IMG/VR virus record: IMGVR_UViG_3300037493_004064
Coordinates: 23,737 to 87,736 of that record
Direction: 5' to 3' (one strand)
Source of the DNA: a virus
DNA: 64,000 nt
A program made the translations under genes and the position numbers. This document shows, piece by piece, positions 39,617-49,612 of the stretch. Position 1 is the first letter of the stretch; every line of letters begins with the position of its first letter. The notes under the pieces are model-generated. The model had not been told where the DNA came from. It did not search any database and saw only the letters and a program-made list of their open reading frames with translations.

Positions 39617-40428
39617 AACGATTTTTTGCTTTCGGGTGCAGTCTGACCAGGTATGCTTATGCAACTTGGGCAGATTTGGCCGCCGCCAACTTTGACGAGT
39701 ACTATAATTACGCCAAGGGCGGTGGTTCTAATACATTGATGATGGGCAGGCTGATAGAGGCTGATAATTATTTTGATTTTAATAAAGATACTGATACTGT
39801 TTACGTGATGCTCTCCGGAATAGGAAGATATAGTTATTACACATACGATAGGGGATGGATTACCAATGGTGATTTATATTCTTACCTGAGCAAAAACAAC
39901 AATAAGGATATGGAATTTTTAGTAAAAAATATCTATAACGATAAGGGGGCAATTTACCAATCCTGGTTAGCGGCACACCTAATGAAGAAGTTGCTTGTCT
40001 CAAAAGGTATACCACATAAGATATTATATGGAATTAATAACAGTAACTATTTGGTTCAGAATGAATTCAACGATGAAGAATCTATTAGGAAAGTTATGGA
40101 CATTGAGTCAATAGTAGATATAAAAACACCATTCAATGATTGGTTTAGATGTCCCGAGAACCTAAGGGCCGGGCCAGTTACTCCTAATTACACCGATGCT
40201 AATACTTTTGACGGGCACCCTTCACAGTTATTGCACTATAAGTTTCTGAAGAATTTTCTGCCTGAGTTTGACACTGAAATTACCAACAAGTTATTCACGT
40301 ATGTTGAATCTATTTTTGATGGTAGGAGTCAACATAAGCAGGAAACAACCTATAGGAATAAATTCTATAAAAAATTCAACAGGGCATTTACACACCCGCT
40401 TTTCGGACAGGAACATGAATTATGGTAA
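39613..40428 (+). CDS. SGNH/GDSL-like protein (GCS variant)
   Basis: FAFGCSLT...TWAD...AKGGGSN...DGHPS..LH. Confidence 0.62.
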   Translation: MKRFFAFGCSLTRYAYATWADLAAANFDEYYNYAKGGGSNTLMMGRLIEADNYFDFNKDTDTVYVMLSGIGRYSYYTYDRGWITNGDLYSYLSKNNNKDMEFLVKNIYNDKGAIYQSWLAAHLMKKLLVSKGIPHKILYGINNSNYLVQNEFNDEESIRKVMDIESIVDIKTPFNDWFRCPENLRAGPVTPNYTDANTFDGHPSQLLHYKFLKNFLPEFDTEITNKLFTYVESIFDGRSQHKQETTYRNKFYKKFNRAFTHPLFGQEHELW

Positions 40429-42725
40429 AACATTTAATAACAGGTGGATGTAGTTTCAGCAACGGAGGAGAATTCGGTGGTTGGACTGGTTACCTCTCTA
40501 ATTACCTAAAAACGCTTAACCCCGAGATGACGTGTGACCATACCGGATTTCTGAGTCAAGGCCAAGAGTTGATCCAAAAGAAAGTTATGCTGGCTATCTC
40601 TGAGGCATTGGCGCGTGGTTGTTCCAATGAAGATATTCTTGTAGTGGTTATGTGGAGTGGTACTTATAGAAAAGCATGGTACATCGACAACCCCGACATA
40701 GTAGATGATATCGTTAAGGGGATGCCAAACTTTAATGGTGGAATGTGCAAGGAGTTTCTAGATTTAAAAGACCAAATACCAGGGGAGCCTGCCTTCTTTG
40801 AGACTGCCAATGGAAGTAGATTTGAGTATAACCCCAATGGGGGATGGTACTTCACAGTTAATGGCAGTGAATGTAAGTTAGATTTTGTGAAGCAACATTA
40901 TCTGCTGGATAGGGTACTGTCTGGTGTTGGTAAGGTCAGCACCAGTTTGGAAAATATTATTACTCTACAGAATTTCTGTGCCCTAAATAAAGTTCAACTG
41001 ATACAGCAGTTTTTTATGGATTCAGTCTATCAAGACATTGATGATAACAAAAACCACCAGATTATCAATTATCTATATAAGCAGTTGGATTTTCCTAATA
41101 TCATAAAAGATGGCATGTTTGAGTATATGCATAAACCACTAGGAGTTAGCAGGGCCGACGCCATTAATTTATCTCATACTGAGCGACTACGGTTACAGGG
41201 GGACTCCAAATACTTCTATGTCGATGGATTCCATCCAGGTGAACTAGGGGTCAATCACTGGTGTGAAGAAGTATTGATTCCTTTTGTAGAGCCCAGAATT
41301 AAAAAAGTGAAATTTCAGCTACCGTTATTGTATGATGTTATTTTGCCCAATTACATCATGCCTAATGCCATTCTGACAGAATTGGGTATGGTGAATTACC
41401 TTCATAGCCTTCACTCAACCAGATGTGAAAGAGGTAATTCATTCTTTGAGCAGCAGTTAAATGCTGAAAATGATTTATATACTCCGATGACTTTTATTTT
41501 TGATAGAAGTATGGGTACCTTCCCCAACTCAGTTGGCGGCGGTGGAAACCTTAATACCGGAATGTATGACCAGTTAGCAGATCGTAACGTGAATTCGTTA
41601 TGTATTGGTCGTCGTGCCGGAAAGAAGTACATTTATCCCATTACTATTTCTCCACATATTGATGAGTTTTCGGGGCTGACACGAAAGGGCAGTAAGTTAA
41701 ATGGTGAGTATTTTTGGAAGCACATGTCTGCCCAAGCCCTAGCTGATGTTAAGTCCCGTCGCGCCCTAATATTTTTGGACTATGCCCAAGAAAACTACAT
41801 TGAAAAGAGTATGTATGAACGGCTGCATTATGGCATTGAAATTAGCGGTATACCCAGAGAACAGATCGTCCTGGCATTCAATAGTTTCAACGCGCAAGAA
41901 CTGTATGAGTCCTGGTTTCCCATTGAACAACGGAGGCTTGAAGTTAAGAATTGGCCATATGTTTTGGCAAATACTTCATACTATTACAACTCAGTACCAG
42001 ATTCCAGAATTGAACCTCTCAAAATTATTTCCACCAGGACCAAAATTAGAAAAAACTATTTTGTTTTCAAGATCCGCAGACCAAGACCCCATAGACAGGC
42101 CCTGTTATTTAAACTTTGCACGGATGATTTATTAAACAAGGGCGATTGGTCCTGGTTAGAAAACACCACGTATGATGATGCATGGATGTACGGACTCGCT
42201 CAACAATTTAATTTTGAGTTTAATACAGAGAAAATAAAGAAACTACATGAACAGTTCCCGCACTCGTTACAAGATGAACAAGGGACGTTCACCAGCATAA
42301 GTTCCTGGACAGATAATAAAACTGTGACTTATGAGAATGCATATTTTTATATTTGCACAGAAACATATACCCATGGTGAGCATAAGTCAATCACTGAAAA
42401 AGTGTGTAAGCCAATGGTTAATTTTCTGCCATTTTTGTTTGTGTCCTTTCCAGGAGCACTCGCGTTGCTACGGCACCTTGGTTTTAAAACGTTCTCACCA
42501 TTTATTGACGAAAGATACGATGATGAGCCGGACGAGGGTAAACGAGTTTCCATGGTGTACAATGAGATAAAAAGAATGTGTTCAATGTCCAAGCGAGAAC
42601 TACATGATTGGTATTGGCAAATGGAAGATATCCTGCATCATAACAGAAAACATTTTTTAAATTACTACAAAGACGACAGCCACGCAATTAAATTAATTGA
42701 ATACCTCCACGATAGGGTAAAATAA
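40422..42725 (+). CDS. fusion of an SGNH-like N-domain and a GT-B-like 'TEK..KP' domain
   Basis: N-terminal TGGCSFS...DGFHPG; C-terminal R.PR.HR...ETY...ITEKVCKP...PF...LRHLGFKTF..FIDE.YD. Confidence 0.6.
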   Translation: MVKHLITGGCSFSNGGEFGGWTGYLSNYLKTLNPEMTCDHTGFLSQGQELIQKKVMLAISEALARGCSNEDILVVVMWSGTYRKAWYIDNPDIVDDIVKGMPNFNGGMCKEFLDLKDQIPGEPAFFETANGSRFEYNPNGGWYFTVNGSECKLDFVKQHYLLDRVLSGVGKVSTSLENIITLQNFCALNKVQLIQQFFMDSVYQDIDDNKNHQIINYLYKQLDFPNIIKDGMFEYMHKPLGVSRADAINLSHTERLRLQGDSKYFYVDGFHPGELGVNHWCEEVLIPFVEPRIKKVKFQLPLLYDVILPNYIMPNAILTELGMVNYLHSLHSTRCERGNSFFEQQLNAENDLYTPMTFIFDRSMGTFPNSVGGGGNLNTGMYDQLADRNVNSLCIGRRAGKKYIYPITISPHIDEFSGLTRKGSKLNGEYFWKHMSAQALADVKSRRALIFLDYAQENYIEKSMYERLHYGIEISGIPREQIVLAFNSFNAQELYESWFPIEQRRLEVKNWPYVLANTSYYYNSVPDSRIEPLKIISTRTKIRKNYFVFKIRRPRPHRQALLFKLCTDDLLNKGDWSWLENTTYDDAWMYGLAQQFNFEFNTEKIKKLHEQFPHSLQDEQGTFTSISSWTDNKTVTYENAYFYICTETYTHGEHKSITEKVCKPMVNFLPFLFVSFPGALALLRHLGFKTFSPFIDERYDDEPDEGKRVSMVYNEIKRMCSMSKRELHDWYWQMEDILHHNRKHFLNYYKDDSHAIKLIEYLHDRVK

Positions 42726-43330
42726 TGTACGATAAATCCATTTTAGGATTCATGAAAGAATCTGAATTAAAGATCATAGAACAGTTGGCGACCGAGGTAC
42801 CAAAAAATGGCGTCATAGTTGAGATAGGGTCTTGCTTTGGCAGAAGTTCTGTTTGTTGGGCAAAGTCAGCACCTACGGCAACAGTATACTGCATTGACAC
42901 TTTTTCTGATCAAGATTGGGTGTGTGATGCCCAATATACTAACGGGTATGATGTTGAGCATGGGTGCCCGCGTTCAGGCGTAACTTATAACACAAAATCT
43001 GAATTTATTCGTAACACCAAGAGTATTTCAAATATTGTTATGATAGAGGGCAACAGCCCTCATGTCATCTATCCTGGTGGTGACATTGACTTATTCTTCA
43101 TTGATGCCCTGCATATGAATCCGAATGATTGGGAAAATCTATGCCATTGGATCCCGCAATGCAAACCAAATGCAGTTGTTTGTGGTCATGATATGGTAGA
43201 TGATTTCCCTGATGTACAACAAAATGTAAGACGACTAGAAAAGATACTAAATAAAGCAGTTACGTTGTACCCAAGTGGAACAATATGGAGTTTTAAACTA
43301 GATCGTGGTGTTTCAAGGAATGAGTTATGA
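42725..43330 (+). CDS. class I SAM-dependent methyltransferase (Methyltransf_24-like)
   Basis: VEIGSCFGRSS, YCIDTF, DLFFIDALH, CGHD. Confidence 0.8.
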   Translation: MYDKSILGFMKESELKIIEQLATEVPKNGVIVEIGSCFGRSSVCWAKSAPTATVYCIDTFSDQDWVCDAQYTNGYDVEHGCPRSGVTYNTKSEFIRNTKSISNIVMIEGNSPHVIYPGGDIDLFFIDALHMNPNDWENLCHWIPQCKPNAVVCGHDMVDDFPDVQQNVRRLEKILNKAVTLYPSGTIWSFKLDRGVSRNEL

Positions 43331-43959
43331 GTGATATTAACCTACAGTGGGTAAACAAAGTATTTAACTTTGACCCTATAACTATGTTTGACATAGGCTG
43401 TGCCGACATGCAGGACACCATTAACTTTAAGCATATCAGTGCCGACTCCTTGATCTACGCATTTGACTGTAATGATTTCTGGTTTAAACAAAATACAAAA
43501 CTGGCCATTGACAATGGTATCCATTATTTTCACTGTGCGTTTGCTGACAGAGATGGTGAGATAGAATTTACGCCGTCTTTGATGCAAGGAAAACTGCTGC
43601 ATCCATTCTCTGGTAGCATCTATGCCCCTATTAATCTACATGGAAAAGTATATGGCGAACCAATGAAGGTTCAATGTACAACATTTGATACCTTTTGTAA
43701 GAATTTTAACATCAGCCCTGATTTCCTGCATATTGATACCGAGGGCGCCGAGTTTATCATTTTTCAGCATATGAAAGAATTTAAGCCCAAATTGATATGG
43801 TCCGAAACATGCGGAATGTATGAGTATGACACAAAGAAAACAGGGCATGAGTTATCTGCGCTGATTGTGTCACTTGGGTACACTGAAATTTATACCGGAC
43901 CGGGCGACTCCTTGTTTCGGAGAAATGATTTCGAAACTATCCCATACGTACCGTTATGA
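43327..43959 (+). CDS. FkbM-family methyltransferase
   Basis: FDIGCA...TTFDTFC...PDFLHIDTEGAEF. Confidence 0.78.
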   Translation: MSDINLQWVNKVFNFDPITMFDIGCADMQDTINFKHISADSLIYAFDCNDFWFKQNTKLAIDNGIHYFHCAFADRDGEIEFTPSLMQGKLLHPFSGSIYAPINLHGKVYGEPMKVQCTTFDTFCKNFNISPDFLHIDTEGAEFIIFQHMKEFKPKLIWSETCGMYEYDTKKTGHELSALIVSLGYTEIYTGPGDSLFRRNDFETIPYVPL

Positions 43960-44501
43960 ACTATAAAAACCAGTCTTGGGAAAGCGTAAACGTTTCCTTC
44001 CTGAAAACATTCGGGCAGTCTATCCCTGTTTACTCCCCGTCGGTGTTCCGAGAATTCAGAGGAGAGATATTTACTACATACCACTCTGATACGCATCCAG
44101 TTAACACCTTGCTACCAGCAGGGTGCGTAGTACATAGCAGATTTTCTAAGTCATATAAGAATGTGCTGCGCGGCCTTCATTACGATGACAAGACCTATAA
44201 ACTGGTCCAGGCATTAGTCGGTGAAATTTACTTAGTTGTACTTGATGTACGCGAGGGTTCTGATACGTTTGGTAAATGGGAATCCTATCTTCTCTCAGAG
44301 AAAACTAGAGACCAGATTTTAATTCCACCGGGGTTCGCCAATGGTCATTACGCTTTGACTGACTGCATTTTCCATTACAACTTATTTTACTGCGGTGGGT
44401 ACGTCGATGAAAACAAGCAAGGCGTAATTAAATGGAATGACCCAAAATTCAATATGGAATGGCCAACCGCAACCCCAACATTACAACAAAGAGACCGATG
44501 A
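43956..44501 (+). CDS. rmlC: NDP-4-keto-6-deoxyhexose 3,5-epimerase (RmlC family)
   Basis: RGEIF...S.SYKNVLRGLHY...KLVQ...G.IY.V.LDVR.GS.TFGKW...IPPGFANGH. Confidence 0.85.
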   Translation: MNYKNQSWESVNVSFLKTFGQSIPVYSPSVFREFRGEIFTTYHSDTHPVNTLLPAGCVVHSRFSKSYKNVLRGLHYDDKTYKLVQALVGEIYLVVLDVREGSDTFGKWESYLLSEKTRDQILIPPGFANGHYALTDCIFHYNLFYCGGYVDENKQGVIKWNDPKFNMEWPTATPTLQQRDR

Positions 44502-45124
44502 TTAACTTAGAACAATATAGTAAGGTACGGGAAATAGATTTTTCGCCCCAGGACCTAATCGATTTTGAACAAAAGATCGTTGACCACTGGGAAAATGCAA
44601 AAATTACTGGACCAGTGCATTTGTCAAATGGGAACGAAGAGCCACTGATTGAAGTATTCAAACGAATTAAAACAACAGACTGGGTATTCAGCACGTGGCG
44701 ATCACACTATCATGCCTTACTTAAAGGAATCGATCCGATGTTTATTGAGAACGAAATACTAGCAGGAAGATCGATAACTATTTGCAACCTGGACCAGAGA
44801 TTTTATTCGTCCGCCATCGTAGGTGGGACACTATCCATTGCTTTGGGTGTGGCACAAGCAATCAAACGAGATGGTAGCCCCGACAGAGTGTGGTGCTTTA
44901 TAGGCGACATGAGTTTTGAGAGTGGTTTATTCTATGAAATCCATAAGTACGCCAGGAACTTTGATTTGCCATTACACTTCATAGTTGAGGATAATGGAAA
45001 GTCCACATACACTCCAACTACTGCTACATGGGGGGTCAAAAGAGAAATACCCGACGATGTAGTATATTACGCATATACGTCTAAATTTCCACATTATGGG
45101 ACAGGTAAATGGATCGCATTTTAA
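44498..45124 (+). CDS. TPP-dependent dehydrogenase E1 alpha-like subunit (short, 208 aa)
   Basis: HLSNGNE, STWRSHYHAL, AIVGG, and GDM...G...E......LP..FIVEDN TPP-binding motif; ATGA overlap with rmlC. Confidence 0.82.
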   Translation: MINLEQYSKVREIDFSPQDLIDFEQKIVDHWENAKITGPVHLSNGNEEPLIEVFKRIKTTDWVFSTWRSHYHALLKGIDPMFIENEILAGRSITICNLDQRFYSSAIVGGTLSIALGVAQAIKRDGSPDRVWCFIGDMSFESGLFYEIHKYARNFDLPLHFIVEDNGKSTYTPTTATWGVKREIPDDVVYYAYTSKFPHYGTGKWIAF

Positions 45125-46545
45125 AACTAGTTTATTCTCATCAGTACGAAAAATTTGAAAAACCGCAGTTCGTACACAACGGCATTCACCCGGCGTTTTC
45201 AAATTATCTTGTGTCAAAATCACAGGAAATGGGCAATCAGTTCAATCTTGACCAAGAAATAAATAAGGTAGTTCAGACTAACACAGCCCAAGATTGGTGC
45301 TTTACAACCCACAGTAATTTTATCTTTTACATCATCAGGTATTATGGTGGGAGTTACGGGGACTCAACTAACACAATCCACATGAATGACATCATTGACG
45401 ATGATGCCATTTACTTGTATCCAGTTGAAATTCGAACGACAATTAACGAATTTACAAAAGACCTCACCTTCCAATTGGAGGGGAAAACATATGAGTATAC
45501 GTTTCTTGATACAATCCCGAATCAGGTCTTGCAACACCTGAGGACCGGTAAAGTCAAGTTGATCATAAATGTAATTCATGACCCCGGTGCTCATTCGCTT
45601 CAGATGAGGAAGATTGAAAAAATGCTGAACTCCATTGGAATAGATGGCAGCAACATAATCTTTATTTGGGGGAATAATTACCAAAAATACTATGAGGAGC
45701 AACCCGAGAGCAAAATTAAGTTGACGTACGGGCTGCTTCCGTTGCAGCAAGTTGCTGCCAGTTCCAAACAATATCCGAGAGTAACGTCACTTGGGTATAC
45801 CTCTGACCTGGTCCGAGAAGAAGACTTGGAAAGAAATAAAACCACATATCGGAAAAGATTTCTATGTTACAACAGAACTCTGAAAAAACACCGATATATG
45901 CTGGCTTATCTGGCACTAAAACATGACCTGCTGCAGGACAATGTCTTTAGTTTTCTGAATTTAGTCGGAGACGAACAGCACGTTGTCCACTCAATTTATG
46001 AGTACACAAACGACCTGCCAGAATCTAAGATATGTGCCAAGAAAATAGTGGATATGATTCCGTATGAGATTGACACTCAACACCTGGATTCCGAGGCAAT
46101 TCGCTCATTTGGATCAGATAACAATCTTAAAGAAGTATTTCTTGGTACCTATATCCATTTAATATCAGAAACTCTGTTTGAAGAGGGAGACCCCAAGAAC
46201 CCATTCTTCTCTGAAAAGACGTTCAGACCAATACAAAATCTACAGCCATTCTTGTTCGCGGGGAACGCATACTCACTCAAGTTACTAAAAGAGTTAGGTT
46301 TTAAAACTTTTGCGCCCTTTATTGATGAACGATACGATGAGGTAGAGGACCATGTCCAGAGAATGAAAATGCTTGAGGGTGAGATATTACGATTAAAAAA
46401 TATGGATTTGGCCGAGATACACGCCTGGTATTATTCAATTACGGATATCCTACTTTGGAACCAGAACCATCTTTTGACCTTTGCAAAGAGTAATCCTTTT
46501 GATCAGGTTGTTTCCGACATAAATAAGTTCTATGAAATTCAATAA
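45109..46545 (+). CDS. GT-B-like 'SEKT.RP' domain protein (putative glycosyltransferase)
   Basis: FLCYNR..K.HR...ISET...FSEKTFRP...PF...LKELGFKTF..FIDE.YD; paralog of the 40422 C-domain. Confidence 0.55.
   Translation: MDRILKLVYSHQYEKFEKPQFVHNGIHPAFSNYLVSKSQEMGNQFNLDQEINKVVQTNTAQDWCFTTHSNFIFYIIRYYGGSYGDSTNTIHMNDIIDDDAIYLYPVEIRTTINEFTKDLTFQLEGKTYEYTFLDTIPNQVLQHLRTGKVKLIINVIHDPGAHSLQMRKIEKMLNSIGIDGSNIIFIWGNNYQKYYEEQPESKIKLTYGLLPLQQVAASSKQYPRVTSLGYTSDLVREEDLERNKTTYRKRFLCYNRTLKKHRYMLAYLALKHDLLQDNVFSFLNLVGDEQHVVHSIYEYTNDLPESKICAKKIVDMIPYEIDTQHLDSEAIRSFGSDNNLKEVFLGTYIHLISETLFEEGDPKNPFFSEKTFRPIQNLQPFLFAGNAYSLKLLKELGFKTFAPFIDERYDEVEDHVQRMKMLEGEILRLKNMDLAEIHAWYYSITDILLWNQNHLLTFAKSNPFDQVVSDINKFYEIQ
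46518..46525 (+). promoter_or_regulatory. possible late promoter (CATAAATA), 6 nt before ATG 46532
   Basis: CATAAATA-AGTTCT-ATG, inside the 3' end of the upstream gene. Confidence 0.5.
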
Positions 46546-47524
46546 CAAAACCGTGCTAGTTACAGGGGCCAATGGCCTAGTTGGTTTACCAACAGTTGAG
46601 AAATGTGTCTTAGAGGGCGCCACGAAAGTGTATGCAGTTGACATCGTGTTAGGTGATAAACTTGTCAACCTTCAGCACAAATACCCGGATAACATTGTCC
46701 TTCTGAAGGTTGACCTTACTTACTTGCATAACTGTGAGGCCATTTTCGCAGAAAATGAAATTAATATTGTCTTGCATATCGCAGGAATTAAAGGTTCTCC
46801 GGCAAGATCAAGCAAGCGACCGTGTGATTACTTATTTCCAATGCTGATGTTCAACACTAATATGATTAAGGCGGCATTTGATGCCAAGGTTGACTGGTTT
46901 GTTTATCTGAGCAGCGTTGGTGTATATCAACCAGCAGAGATGATGCACGAAGATGATGTATGGAAAACTACGCCTAGTCAGAATGACTGGTACCCCGGGT
47001 GGTCTAAGCGAATGGGCGAAGCCACTCTGGAATCATTGCAGGTACAGTATGGTTGGGATAATTGGACAGTTATCAGACCATCAAATATCTATGGCTTAAA
47101 CGATAATTTTGCCCAAGACGCCACCGTAGTCAGTTCGAACATTTGGAAGTTACTCAACGTAGAAGGCGATGATATTGTTTGTTGGGGGAATGGATCAGCC
47201 AGACGAGATTTTGTGTTCGGTGATGACGTTGCTCAGGCAAGCATTGATGTTGTCAAAAAGGAAGTCAAGGACATTATAAACTTTGGGTGTGGAGTTGCAG
47301 TTTCAATTAAGGAAACGATTGAGGCTATCGTTGACTCGTATGAGGAAATTTCAGGAATCAGAAAGAATATAGTATGGGATGAGTCCAAAACAAATGGTGA
47401 TCCGGTCCGATGCCTAAATTCCGACAGACAAACTAAGTATCAAATTCTACCATCAACTTCTTTGAAAGATGGTATAAAGCAGACAATAATATCTTATCAA
47501 TCAGACCATGTAAATGTCAAATGA
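46532..47524 (+). CDS. NAD-dependent epimerase/dehydratase (GDP-fucose synthase-like SDR)
   Basis: LVTGANGLVG, LSSVGVY, RPSNIYG..DNF, WGNGSARRDFVF..DVA. Confidence 0.85.
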   Translation: MKFNNKTVLVTGANGLVGLPTVEKCVLEGATKVYAVDIVLGDKLVNLQHKYPDNIVLLKVDLTYLHNCEAIFAENEINIVLHIAGIKGSPARSSKRPCDYLFPMLMFNTNMIKAAFDAKVDWFVYLSSVGVYQPAEMMHEDDVWKTTPSQNDWYPGWSKRMGEATLESLQVQYGWDNWTVIRPSNIYGLNDNFAQDATVVSSNIWKLLNVEGDDIVCWGNGSARRDFVFGDDVAQASIDVVKKEVKDIINFGCGVAVSIKETIEAIVDSYEEISGIRKNIVWDESKTNGDPVRCLNSDRQTKYQILPSTSLKDGIKQTIISYQSDHVNVK

Positions 47525-48662
47525 TGCACTTAAACGGTTTGCTGCGAAGCGTTACCCTAATCCTAATAGTGGTATAGAGTCTGATGGTTTCATAAGACCA
47601 CCCGACATCCATATACCTGAGCAGGAAGAGCCGACGGCGAAACTGGCTCCAAGTTCTCCCCCGTCACAAAAAAACGTGAGAATTGCCGTATGTTTCCATG
47701 GGCAATTGCGTAATGCGTGTCATGCCGCACCTGCCATTAAGGCTTATTTAGGTGATTTATGGGAAAATTGCGATTTTTTCATACATACTTGGAATATTAA
47801 CACGTACACCAGTCCCTGTGAATCATTTAAAGATTATATCTATGCATTAACTGGCACAGAAATAGATTTAAATCTTACTGGTCCCCCTGTCAAAAAATCG
47901 GTTACCTATGATGAGGTAGAATTTGTAAAATTTTTTTATCAACCTAAATTTTTTAAAGTTGAATCATATGAAAAATGGGCCGAAGAACATTCCTCGTCAA
48001 TAAAGAAAGCCCTGGAATTAATAATTCCAGCACATTGTCCACCCTATTATTACAGTTTTTTTTCTAGTATACAGGGTAAAAAGTCTTTTGAAAATGAAAA
48101 CGGATTTATTTATGATGCTGTTGTAAAATTACGACCTGATGTTTCTTTTTTAGTAAATAAAATGCCTATCTATAAAGATAAGAAATGTCATCTGTCTAGT
48201 AAATGCACAACTGATGTTTATACGTCTTATTTGTGTCATGACCTAATAACTTTTTATAAAGACACAACTTCTTTTTATAAAGTAGGCGAAGAATTGTGGA
48301 TTTCTACTAGTTTGTTAATGGATAGAGTTAGCAATATTTGGCAAGATTTTAAATTTGGAAATACAGAAAATCTATCCATAGCAGAATATCTTACAAAACA
48401 TCATATCCAGCAAAAAACGACCCACACAGTGAACGTTGCTTTTCATCGGGCTATCTGTCAGATTGTGCCGTCAACTGATTGGCCGTTAGTTCATTTATTG
48501 TCAGTTTTAACTGATCAAGTGGGTCTAACTAATATAGTTGTTATCATTGAGGATGATGTGAAAAATCGGTTAATCAATTATATTAAAAGTGACGACTTTT
48601 TAGATATGTTGCAACAAACATATGAGTCATACAATAGAAGAAAATTATCTTATCAATCATGA
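47514..48662 (+). CDS. putative glycosyltransferase ('IAVCFxGQLR...HTW...LRPD' family)
   Basis: RIAVCFHGQLR...DFFIHTW...YDAVVKLRPDV. Confidence 0.55.
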   Translation: MSNDALKRFAAKRYPNPNSGIESDGFIRPPDIHIPEQEEPTAKLAPSSPPSQKNVRIAVCFHGQLRNACHAAPAIKAYLGDLWENCDFFIHTWNINTYTSPCESFKDYIYALTGTEIDLNLTGPPVKKSVTYDEVEFVKFFYQPKFFKVESYEKWAEEHSSSIKKALELIIPAHCPPYYYSFFSSIQGKKSFENENGFIYDAVVKLRPDVSFLVNKMPIYKDKKCHLSSKCTTDVYTSYLCHDLITFYKDTTSFYKVGEELWISTSLLMDRVSNIWQDFKFGNTENLSIAEYLTKHHIQQKTTHTVNVAFHRAICQIVPSTDWPLVHLLSVLTDQVGLTNIVVIIEDDVKNRLINYIKSDDFLDMLQQTYESYNRRKLSYQS

Positions 48663-49612
48663 GAATTGCTGTATGTTTTAGTGGACAATTAAGAACCGGT
48701 GTATGGGCAATACCCGCTATAAAATCGTTTATAGGTGATCTTTGGGGAAATTGTGATTTCTTTTTGCATACCTGGGATTCTCAAAATAATAAAAATTATA
48801 GCAACGAAGTGATAAAAAAGTTAAATAGTTTAATGTCAATTGACATTAACTATACAAATCCAAATCGTCCAATTTATGGTCCTATAGGAAACGAGGATCT
48901 TAATAGATTTTTAACCATTTATAATCCAAAATTATTTTTGATTGAAAACTACAAAACTACACACAACAATATAGTAAATTATCGTGATAGTGTTGCTGCA
49001 CAACAAAATTTATCATATAATCCTGCAGATTTTCCCCCGGAACTGTATTATTCATATTATCGTAGTGTAGAGATGGTAAAACAATATGAACAACAATGGG
49101 GGTTTACTTATGATATTATAATTAAATTACGACCTGATGTTATTTTTCCCATGCATGATGGGCATCCAATATACCGTCATAAACGGGCTGATTTAAAAAA
49201 TGACATTGAAAAAGTATTAAATAATACAAATACTTTGTATAAATCTGACGATGTGTATTGGATATCAACCGGCGACATAATTAAAAAGGTAAATTTATTT
49301 TGGGAAGAAAGTTTAAAAACACCCAAAATAACATTGTGGAATTATGCTTCTACCCTGGGTATTGATATAGAATCATCAGAGAATAATAAGTATACCTTGT
49401 TGAGAAATTTGTGGAAACGGTTGCTAATTGACGATTTTTTTATGATAAACGCCCTCGAACGGTTGTTTGTGGATTTGCCAATTGAAACTGAGGCTGTTTT
49501 AAGCCCTCGTGTAGATTTTTATATACAGCATTCTAACGAATTAAAATCGTACATACGCAACTATAGTATTATCAAGGAGTTATGCGATGAAACAAATTGC
49601 ACAATCAACTAA
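48659..49612 (+). CDS. putative glycosyltransferase, tandem paralog of the previous gene
   Basis: RIAVCFSGQLR...DFFLHTW...YDIIIKLRPDV. Confidence 0.55.
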   Translation: MRIAVCFSGQLRTGVWAIPAIKSFIGDLWGNCDFFLHTWDSQNNKNYSNEVIKKLNSLMSIDINYTNPNRPIYGPIGNEDLNRFLTIYNPKLFLIENYKTTHNNIVNYRDSVAAQQNLSYNPADFPPELYYSYYRSVEMVKQYEQQWGFTYDIIIKLRPDVIFPMHDGHPIYRHKRADLKNDIEKVLNNTNTLYKSDDVYWISTGDIIKKVNLFWEESLKTPKITLWNYASTLGIDIESSENNKYTLLRNLWKRLLIDDFFMINALERLFVDLPIETEAVLSPRVDFYIQHSNELKSYIRNYSIIKELCDETNCTIN